Positions 43,937 to 51,044 of a DNA stretch of 51,044 bases are shown piece after piece (position 1 is the stretch's first letter; every line of letters begins with the position of its first letter). Below the pieces are notes generated by a model, which made no database searches, was not told the origin of the DNA, and worked only from the letters and a program-made list of their open reading frames with translations. Source of the stretch: an uncultured Candidatus Poseidoniales archaeon (lineage in GTDB: Archaea; Thermoplasmatota; Poseidoniia; Poseidoniales; Poseidoniaceae); NCBI GenBank assembly GCA_964431435.1, contig CAYSJV010000001.1, positions 1-51,044 on the forward strand. Reading direction: 5' to 3'. A program made the translations under genes and the position numbers.

Positions 43937-46900
43937 TTACAAAAAGTCTGAAAGGGACATTTGTTTCGCTCTATCATTATTGAATAAACTATCTGTACTA
44001 TCAATTAGCCATTTTACATTTTGATTGGTATAATTATCAAGACCATATTCTTCTTGAATATGCTTCATTACTTTTATGTATTTTCTAACAGCTCCTTCAC
44101 TGACTGTTAATGCCAAATTACCACTACATCTTTGAATTCTATTCCCTCCCCCTCCGCTAATATTTGCTTCAGCGACTTCTCGATTATGCACTTGTATACA
44201 TTTTCCAGCAATAGGCATTCTTCTGTAAGTCTGATTACATTTTGTACATCTTATTTTTTGTTTTGTGAAGGCTTGTAGGTTCCCTCTTAAATCAGGCAAA
44301 AAATGGGACCGAACTACAGTAGTTGCAACATTTCTTGCATCAACTGCTCTAATTCTATGACCAAGTGATAATTGTCCATTCATTTTGTCAACCATTGTAT
44401 CTAGGGTTTTGTAAGCAGATAATTCTGGCCCAGTATCCAATTTGTTAGTAAAATGAGAAAAGCCATATCCTCTCAATGCTGTGACATTTTCTTTGCGATG
44501 ATTTACAATATCTATCTCATTCATAATTTCTTTTGGATTTTTCATTTCTTTTGCTGCAAAATAGAGTTTTGGCGAATAATACCAAGCAGCATCAACGTTC
44601 AAAGCCTCTTTATCAACTTCATTAGGATTTATTCTGGTTGTTAGAACTAATGGTGCATCCATCAAACCACCCCTACCTGCTGGAAGTAATTTTCTTGAAA
44701 AATTTAACAGTCCATCCATTAACATCATAACACAATCTTCATCTCCATCACAATTTCTTCTTTTTGCAGCATGGAATAGGGGGTGTGCATAGCCCCCCGA
44801 ACAATTTGCCCAACCGATTATTCTACCTAATACACCCCCACTTGTATGTGGAGCTAGAGCAATGATTAGGTGCCCTATCAAATCTTCTTTTGAACTAAAA
44901 TGATACCATTTCTCCATATCATAATGCCTTTCTAATAATTCATCTACATAATTACCCACTCGAACCATAAATTCTGCACAATTTTCACTGACAACAAAAT
45001 CTTGTGGATATAATTCAAGCATTTGCCTATCGGATTCCAACAAGTCTCCATTAATGTCATGAGTATACCCCAAGTCTCTCAGTTTCTGCCATTTAACATT
45101 GATTTCTCTAGGTGAAAAATGGGTTAATGGCACATCACTCATATCAAACCTAATAGTTCCGTCTTTGTATACTGGCAATTCATGTTTTGCTCTTAATATA
45201 CCTTTATTTATTGATTCAGGCGTCTTAGATTTTGATGTTATTTTCTTTTGACATTTTATTTTTTTAGGTAACCGCTCTAAACCAAGAGATTTCCTTGCCT
45301 TTTCCATTTCAGCATCTAACTTTATAGTATACATTTTTGAATTACTTCTTCTGTAAGAATTACTACCTTCAGGTTCTTTTCCTATTGTTTTTCCTTTACA
45401 CTCATTTTTAGTTCCAGTATCATCTTCATAGATATGATTACACCGTATATGAGGGCATTCAGTATTGCATTTAGAACACACTCTAACCCCCAAATTAATC
45501 CTAGGATTCTTTGATGCAGCAACACTCATTAGTCGTTGAGGTCCTCCATATTCTCCAATTGGGAACAATGAATTTATTGCTGTTTTCATCTTTCTTTCTG
45601 CGGCCTTTTCAGGTCTTCCCATTCTACATCCAATTCTTGTAGATACAGAATTCTCCCATCTAATTTCACTAGATTCTCTAATAACACATAGTGCTTTATT
45701 TATTATATATTCATCTCTTAATTCAACCGATTTTTCAAGACCTTCTATATCATCAGGCCCTTCATCTTCAATGATTTCCATTGCAACTTTACCTGCCTTT
45801 TCAGTATCTGATATTGATAATCCTTTTTGTCGAGCTTCGGTCTCTGCACGGATTTTTTCAACTCTTCTTTTTTCATTTATACTTTGTTTTCTTATCTTTT
45901 CGTGATCAATTAATTTTTTTGAATCAGATAATTGCGCTATTTTTTCATAGGTAATTGATATTATGTCTGAATTATTATTTGGAATGAAATCAACTTCATT
46001 TTTGAACTGAAAATTTAATCCTTCTAGTAACGATTCCCAACCAGCAGTGATTAATATATCTCCATTTGAATTATGGTGATGCTTCATTCCCAAAAGCATA
46101 ATTGCAGTTTTAATAAAACCAAAATTATTGATGTATTCATCATTTCCCTCTACTTCTTCAAATATGATGGGGGGAAGTTCATTAATGGTTTTATCAAAAA
46201 ATTCTTTTTTAATGCACAACCACAATTTTTGGTTATTTGGCATTGTACCAACATATTGATCAGATGTATCATCACTTTCTACAATCACTGAATATGATAA
46301 AACTTCTACTAAGTTCGGAATCCATTCTAGGGGAAGGTCAGACCACCAAGGGTTATGAGGAGGGGGTAATGATAGGTTTAATTCAAGTGCGAGTGCTTTT
46401 GCAATTCCCCAATTAATATTATTTCTTCGTAGGAACTTATTCCATTTGATTGATAACTTTGCATTTAGATCATTATTTCCACCATTTGTATTATTAGTTT
46501 CAGGGATTTCCATACTCGGTAATTCTTCCATCTCTAGGCCACATATTGATACAAATTTTTCCAAGTTACTTTTGAGTTTTATTTTTTCAAATAATTCACT
46601 TACCCACCAATCTATTGAATAACCCACCGGAACTAGATTTTTGTTATTTTCAAGAAATTCACCAAACCCAAACAATATCTCCCCATTATCCCATATTTTG
46701 GTGATATTTGTACGAACTTTATCCATCAAAGGTCGAGAATCGACTCTAAAAAATGCGCCATCATCCATCAATATCCAAGGGCCTTCAACTTCATCACAGG
46801 GAGTAATCGCAGTTGCTTTCCCAGGTCTTTCGATTTTTAATTGAGTACCTATTGTAATAAAATCATCCATGACAGACATACTTGCAGGGTTGATACTTGC

Positions 46901-47944
46901 TGCTGCCAAACCTGAAGTTCTACTACGCCCAAACCTCAATCTAAATCCACCAGCTTTCCCCGGGTCACCAAAAATCGGACGCCCAGCAACAACTTCATTC
47001 ATGTATTTAGTAATCGGTTTTATGATTCTCGATGTAGAAGATTTTTTCTCACTTTTACCTTTGTTTGCAAATTTAGAGATAAAATCCCACCCAGGAATTC
47101 CTAATTTTTCAGTGTGAGTCATAATTTTTGGTGCTTTCAAGCATAACCCCTCACCAATAACAAGCATCACACCACCTCGAATACGTGCTCCTTCGATATT
47201 TCTTACAACACTATATCCACTACACTCTATTTTTTCTGTTTGCTCACCATTAATCATAACAGGACAAGCTCTTACGATTTCATCAATTTCTTCAGGTGAA
47301 GGCTTGTATTGCAATCCAACTCTATAAAGGCCAAATTCTTCTTTGACTCTTTCCACCTCTGCATCAGTGGGGTTGTATCTTCCAATTCCTAAATCTCTCC
47401 TAATCATATCCGCAATTAGAACCGCCAATGCTTGTCCAGTTCCCCCCGCGGCTCTAATTGGCCCTGCGAAATGAATACTAACAAAACTTGATCCATCAAT
47501 ATTGTTCAAAATTTTGATTTCACTTATGCCTTCTAGGGGTGCAACAAGTACAGCCTCAGTCAATATTGCAAGTCCTACACGTACACCTACATCTACACAT
47601 GTTTTTGTTTCAATATTTTTTTCTTTGAACCTCCGTGCAATACGTTGCGACATTTCAATAGCAGTAGTTTCTCTATTATTTACTAACAATAATTCTCTTA
47701 TCTCATCAGCAATAAGCTCCCCATCCAAATATTCAATCAACAACTTTTCAGTTCTACTTGCCAAATCTGCAGCCCTTGGAATTTCAATCAATTCAGTATG
47801 ATCTAATCCTTTCTCTCTAGCTTTAAGGGCATAATTGTATATTTCTTCAGCACCTGCTTCAATGTTTTTAACATAATCATCCATACTTTTGTCAAGAGCC
47901 TCTAGATTGATAGGAAGTAATACTTCAGCGACCTCACCTACCAA
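43937..47944 (-). CDS. polC: DNA polymerase II (PolD) large subunit DP2
   Basis: Catalytic DPBB motif RRNCDGDEDCVMMLMD, plus IGRPIFG-like VAGRPIFGDPGKAGGFRLRFGRSR, STRIGCRMGRPEKA and the C-terminal Zn module CTKCNQTYRRMPIAGKC. The TTG at 47944 is preceded by AGGGTG. The ATG at 47884 (MDDYVKNIE...) is an alternative start. Confidence 0.95.
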   Translation of the reverse strand: MVGEVAEVLLPINLEALDKSMDDYVKNIEAGAEEIYNYALKAREKGLDHTELIEIPRAADLASRTEKLLIEYLDGELIADEIRELLLVNNRETTAIEMSQRIARRFKEKNIETKTCVDVGVRVGLAILTEAVLVAPLEGISEIKILNNIDGSSFVSIHFAGPIRAAGGTGQALAVLIADMIRRDLGIGRYNPTDAEVERVKEEFGLYRVGLQYKPSPEEIDEIVRACPVMINGEQTEKIECSGYSVVRNIEGARIRGGVMLVIGEGLCLKAPKIMTHTEKLGIPGWDFISKFANKGKSEKKSSTSRIIKPITKYMNEVVAGRPIFGDPGKAGGFRLRFGRSRTSGLAAASINPASMSVMDDFITIGTQLKIERPGKATAITPCDEVEGPWILMDDGAFFRVDSRPLMDKVRTNITKIWDNGEILFGFGEFLENNKNLVPVGYSIDWWVSELFEKIKLKSNLEKFVSICGLEMEELPSMEIPETNNTNGGNNDLNAKLSIKWNKFLRRNNINWGIAKALALELNLSLPPPHNPWWSDLPLEWIPNLVEVLSYSVIVESDDTSDQYVGTMPNNQKLWLCIKKEFFDKTINELPPIIFEEVEGNDEYINNFGFIKTAIMLLGMKHHHNSNGDILITAGWESLLEGLNFQFKNEVDFIPNNNSDIISITYEKIAQLSDSKKLIDHEKIRKQSINEKRRVEKIRAETEARQKGLSISDTEKAGKVAMEIIEDEGPDDIEGLEKSVELRDEYIINKALCVIRESSEIRWENSVSTRIGCRMGRPEKAAERKMKTAINSLFPIGEYGGPQRLMSVAASKNPRINLGVRVCSKCNTECPHIRCNHIYEDDTGTKNECKGKTIGKEPEGSNSYRRSNSKMYTIKLDAEMEKARKSLGLERLPKKIKCQKKITSKSKTPESINKGILRAKHELPVYKDGTIRFDMSDVPLTHFSPREINVKWQKLRDLGYTHDINGDLLESDRQMLELYPQDFVVSENCAEFMVRVGNYVDELLERHYDMEKWYHFSSKEDLIGHLIIALAPHTSGGVLGRIIGWANCSGGYAHPLFHAAKRRNCDGDEDCVMMLMDGLLNFSRKLLPAGRGGLMDAPLVLTTRINPNEVDKEALNVDAAWYYSPKLYFAAKEMKNPKEIMNEIDIVNHRKENVTALRGYGFSHFTNKLDTGPELSAYKTLDTMVDKMNGQLSLGHRIRAVDARNVATTVVRSHFLPDLRGNLQAFTKQKIRCTKCNQTYRRMPIAGKCIQVHNREVAEANISGGGGNRIQRCSGNLALTVSEGAVRKYIKVMKHIQEEYGLDNYTNQNVKWLIDSTDSLFNNDRAKQMSLSDFL

Positions 47945-48076
47945 AATTTACACCCTAACATACTCCCACTATACTCGGCACCTTATGAGCAATCCGTGAA
48001 CTAAACATCTCAATTATTATTCAATAAATTTGACCGCTTATCAGGAAGGGTTATTGAACAGTTGTTAGACAGTTGC

Positions 48077-48679
48077 ATGAGACACATGACCCGCCCCTCA
48101 GGTTTTGATGAACTTCCTGAATGGAAACGACTGTTAAGTTTAGTTAAAGAATTGACATATTTGCAATCAGAAACCCCAGAATTTACCTTAGCAAGTGGAA
48201 GAACAAGTAAGCATTTTTTTGATATGAAGCCATTGATGATGCATCCAGAAGGATCGTACTTATTATCAGAATTACTAAACTTAAGATTAGATAACCTTGC
48301 ACCAAATTTCGTAGGTGGATTGGAATTAGGTGCGGTTCCCCTTACTGCAATTGCAGTAACAGGAGCAGGAGAAAACTCATCACGTCTTGGATTTATGGTT
48401 CGTAAAAGTGACAAAGGAAGGGGAGGCCGAAAGAACAAGAATCCTGCAGGAATTGAAGGCAGTTCATTGATGGGGGGAGGTACTGTTGTTATTTTGGAAG
48501 ATGTAACAACCACTGGAGGTTCAGCGATTAAGGCTGTAGAGAGAATTAATAATGGAACTCCATGCAAAGTTACCGCAGTTATAGCAATTTTAGATAGAGA
48601 AGAAGGAGGCGCTGAGGCATTCGAAGATGCAGGAATAAATTTTGAATCACTGTTTACGTTATCCGATGTAGCAAAGTAA
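48077..48679 (+). CDS. pyrE: Orotate phosphoribosyltransferase
   Basis: SGRTSKHFFDMK, VGGLELGAVPL and the PRPP loop VVILEDVTTTGGS. The ORF is open from a TTG at 48062; the first ATG is at 48077. Confidence 0.9.
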   Translation: MRHMTRPSGFDELPEWKRLLSLVKELTYLQSETPEFTLASGRTSKHFFDMKPLMMHPEGSYLLSELLNLRLDNLAPNFVGGLELGAVPLTAIAVTGAGENSSRLGFMVRKSDKGRGGRKNKNPAGIEGSSLMGGGTVVILEDVTTTGGSAIKAVERINNGTPCKVTAVIAILDREEGGAEAFEDAGINFESLFTLSDVAK

Positions 48680-48695
48680 TTTGAGAGTGCTATGC

Positions 48696-49850
48696 ATGGC
48701 AGGAAATGATTTTAGAAATTCATTGAAGATGATTTCTACACCATGGAAAATTGCTTTGGAAAGAGCAAAAAGAATATCTAAATCTGAATTAACAGATGGG
48801 ATAATTTTAGACCCTGCATGTGGTTCTGCAACTCAACTAGGTGCGTACACACTTGTGACCAAAATACCAGCAGTAGGTATTGAAATCGATGAAAGACGGG
48901 CAGAATTTGCACGAGAGAATCTATCTTCCATACTATCAGATGATACAGAATTGTTATCGCATTGCAAGATTATTTGTTCAGATGGTTTGAAAGTACCAAG
49001 TGAGTTATTTGAAAGCGGACACAATATTTCATTATTACATATTGACCCAGCACGACCAAATAACATGCAAGAACATACAATCGAAGAAATGAAACCCAAT
49101 CCAATAAAAATAATAGATAATTGGAAAATACACTTCGGTGAAAATGATAAAACAGTGGCGATAATTATCGATTTATCTCCTCGTTTATCTGGTATTCAGA
49201 TTAAAGAAATAAGTGAACAAATAAAAAACATATTTCCAGGAATTAGTCACACATGGGAATGGACCTCTCAAGGAAGAGGTCGAATAGATCGGCTAAGTGT
49301 TTGGATTGGGAAAATTGCCACACCTGATACCAACTCAAGGTTTGTTAGAATTATGCCGGAAATAGATCAAAAGTCTATTATTATTGAAGGTAATATTTCT
49401 ACAATTTCTGATAGGGAGGTTGAGTATTCAGTCAAAGTACAAAATGACATGTGGATATCAATCCTAGATTCAGCTCTAGTGTCGAGCAATCTAAGTGAAC
49501 AATGGTTAGATGAAATAGGTTGTAATGATTATGAATGGATTTCAAAATATGGAAGAAGGCCTAAGATAATGCATAAAGACAAATTAACAGTTCCCCCACA
49601 ACAGTCAAAACTCATATCTGCTTCAGGAAAAGTTGTTGAAATGTTTGGAATAGATGACATTGATGAATTAATTGAAAAAGCAATGAAACTTAATTTTTCA
49701 AAATTAAAATTGAGGGCCCCATTAGACCCACAGACTCATCCAATACTTCAATCTAGAATAGACAACGCATTGAAAATTAATTCTTCTGGCAGAGAAGGCT
49801 TTGTTTGCTCTACATCGGCAGAGATTATGTGTTTATGTTCGTTTAAATAG
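48696..49850 (+). CDS. Putative class I SAM-dependent methyltransferase with a large C-terminal (possibly THUMP-like) domain
   Basis: Motif I ILDPACGSATQLG. The post-motif LLHIDPARP resembles the DPARR motif of a widespread uncharacterised methyltransferase family. The ORF is open from a TTG at 48681; the first ATG is at 48696. Confidence 0.6.
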   Translation: MAGNDFRNSLKMISTPWKIALERAKRISKSELTDGIILDPACGSATQLGAYTLVTKIPAVGIEIDERRAEFARENLSSILSDDTELLSHCKIICSDGLKVPSELFESGHNISLLHIDPARPNNMQEHTIEEMKPNPIKIIDNWKIHFGENDKTVAIIIDLSPRLSGIQIKEISEQIKNIFPGISHTWEWTSQGRGRIDRLSVWIGKIATPDTNSRFVRIMPEIDQKSIIIEGNISTISDREVEYSVKVQNDMWISILDSALVSSNLSEQWLDEIGCNDYEWISKYGRRPKIMHKDKLTVPPQQSKLISASGKVVEMFGIDDIDELIEKAMKLNFSKLKLRAPLDPQTHPILQSRIDNALKINSSGREGFVCSTSAEIMCLCSFK

Positions 49851-49872
49851 TCTAAACCTCGATTTTACGGTA

Positions 49873-49894
49873 TTTTTTTGGGCCCTACGGGCCC
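49873..49894 (+). terminator. Oligo-T tract (T7) plus GC hairpin GGGCCC-TAC-GGGCCC downstream of the methyltransferase gene
   Basis: T7 at 49873-49879 lies 23 nt after the stop codon, and archaeal termination typically uses oligo-T. A perfect 6-bp GC inverted repeat with a 3-nt loop follows immediately at 49880-49894. Confidence 0.35.
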
Positions 49895-49985
49895 CTGTAA
49901 TAATCGTGGTCTTCAAATAGGGGTGGGCGGTGGCGTGCTTCTAGGTAGTACGTAGTAGACTAACTAAAAAAATAAGGTGCACTCT

Positions 49986-50465
49986 ATGGCAAAATCAAAG
50001 GATGAGGACTTTGGCGAGGATTTTTCCTACATTATCAGAATAGCAGATACGGATATAGATGGTCAAAAACCAATAGTTACGGCATTAACTTCAGTCAAAG
50101 GTATTGGTATGAGAACTTCTGCAGTTATTTGTGGTCTATTAGATTTAGAACATACTATGCTTGCAGGAAATATGTCTGTAGAAATGCAAGATCAATTGAA
50201 ATCTGTAATTGAGGATTATGCTTCAATCATGGGTAAAAATGAATCATTTTGGATGCTTAATAGACAAAGGGACCTTGAATCGGGAGATGAAGTCCATCAA
50301 TTTGGTATGGATGTTAAGATGACTTTAAATGATGATATTGAGAGATTACGTTCAGTAAAGGCTTACCGTGGAGTAAGACATGCATCCCGTCAGAAAGTTA
50401 GAGGTCAAAGAGGAAGAAGTAATGGACGTAGAGGATTAACTCTCGGGGTACAAAAGAAAAAATAG
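49986..50465 (+). CDS. rps13: 30S ribosomal protein S13 (uS13)
   Basis: IRIADTDIDGQKPIVTALTSVKGIGMRTSAVIC and YRGVRHASRQKVRGQRGRSNGRRG. The ATG at 49986 is preceded by AAGGTG at 7-nt spacing. Confidence 0.95.
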   Translation: MAKSKDEDFGEDFSYIIRIADTDIDGQKPIVTALTSVKGIGMRTSAVICGLLDLEHTMLAGNMSVEMQDQLKSVIEDYASIMGKNESFWMLNRQRDLESGDEVHQFGMDVKMTLNDDIERLRSVKAYRGVRHASRQKVRGQRGRSNGRRGLTLGVQKKK

Positions 50466-50478
50466 ATGGTGAAAAAAG

Positions 50479-51044
50479 ATGGGACATCCTAAATTTGCAA
50501 GACGTAAGTTCGATTCTCCAAAACATCCTTGGAAGAAAGCTAGAATTGACGAGGAACACGATTTACAATCTAACTATGGATTAAAGAATATGAAAGAAAT
50601 TTGGAAGGCAAAAACTCAACTTAGAAGATACAGGCAACAAGCCATGAAATTGATTGGAAGAGTTGACACCACCGAAGATCATTGGGGACGAGAAAAACAA
50701 GATTTATTGACATCACTCCAAAGAAAAGGAATGTTAGGGGATGAATCTTCAATAGATGATGTATTGGTACTTACTGTTGAAAATGTATTAGATCGTAGAT
50801 TACAATCACAGGTTTATTACAAAGGCAAAGCATCTTCAATGAAACAAGCAAGACAGATGGTTACTCATGGTCATATTTCTGTAGGAAATCAGAAAATAAC
50901 AATACCATCATATCCAGTAAGCAGAGAGGAAGAGGATTTGATAGTGTATCAAGCATCTTCACCACTTACTAATGAAGAACATAGAATTCGTATGGCAATA
51001 GCAGGAATTGAAGTTGAAGAGCCTGAAGTATTAGAAGAAGAACC
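50479..51044 (+). CDS. rps4: 30S ribosomal protein S4 (uS4), 3'-truncated by the window end
   Basis: My own translation from the ATG at 50479 reads MGHPKFARRKFDSPKHPWKKARIDEEHDL...LDRRLQSQVYYKGKASSMKQARQMVTHGHISVGNQKITIPSY. It is open to the last base of the window. It is absent from the ORF track because no stop codon is reached. Confidence 0.95.
   Translation, partial: MGHPKFARRKFDSPKHPWKKARIDEEHDLQSNYGLKNMKEIWKAKTQLRRYRQQAMKLIGRVDTTEDHWGREKQDLLTSLQRKGMLGDESSIDDVLVLTVENVLDRRLQSQVYYKGKASSMKQARQMVTHGHISVGNQKITIPSYPVSREEEDLIVYQASSPLTNEEHRIRMAIAGIEVEEPEVLEEE

Noticed and set aside
46060-46085. HHHNS in PolD DP2, which resembles an intein C-terminal HN+Ser splice junction
   Set aside because: There is no upstream intein block A (Cys/Ser-initiated) or block B (TxxH). 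The surrounding PPPHNPWW...region is normal DP2 sequence, and the flanks do not look like a split extein. It is most likely just a His-rich loop.
48010-48567. 185-aa ORF on the minus strand
   Set aside because: It is entirely antisense to pyrE, whose PRPP loop and other motifs are unambiguous. The translation is low-complexity and Pro/Ser/Leu-rich, typical of a shadow ORF.
49880-49960. GC-rich segment beginning GGGCCC that superficially resembles a tRNA 5' end
   Set aside because: On neither strand is there a complementary acceptor 3' strand, a T-loop (GTTCRANT) or a D-arm.
1-51044. Scan for CRISPR arrays, IS elements or transposases, integrases, toxin-antitoxin pairs and restriction-modification genes
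   Set aside because: I saw no regularly spaced direct repeats, no terminal inverted repeats flanking ORFs, and no DDE, serine or tyrosine recombinase motifs in any frame. The only methyltransferase-like gene has no endonuclease partner.

Overview
AT-rich, very gene-dense (about 44 CDS) chromosomal segment that is clearly archaeal. Family-specific motifs read from the translations identify topoisomerase VI A+B, TFB, PolD large subunit (DP2), primase large subunit PriL, archaeal phosphopantothenate synthetase, an MptE-like kinase, a Pcc1-like protein, a THEP1 NTPase and the start of the uS13-uS4 ribosomal operon. These sit among central-metabolism genes: an aconitase-family enzyme, an IPMDH/ICDH-family dehydrogenase, FumC, ATP-type PckA, GcvH, NadC and PyrE. 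Several genes are of bacterial type (RNase HI, RmuC, cyclophilin, GalU-like, CrcB). The PolD + Topo VI combination, the low GC content and the giant surface and membrane proteins suggest an uncultivated marine euryarchaeon of the MGII/MGIII kind. That placement is inference only. I found no rRNA, tRNA, CRISPR array, transposase or integrase, and no recognisable defence island, so this looks like core genome rather than an accessory region. I cannot point to one clear-cut novel system. The items most worth a second look are: (1) a 1626-aa surface protein with a vWA domain nested inside a propeller-like repeat array, an integrin-alpha-like layout; (2) a 1299-aa protein with roughly 35 hydrophobic segments and no recognisable family; (3) a ribbon-helix-helix-like N-terminal extension fused in frame to fumarase; (4) a co-directional block of coiled-coil membrane protein, TerB-like protein, THEP1 NTPase and a small membrane protein; (5) all nine convergent gene junctions are 6 nt or shorter, or overlap. 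All calls rest on by-eye motif recognition, and no searches were run.
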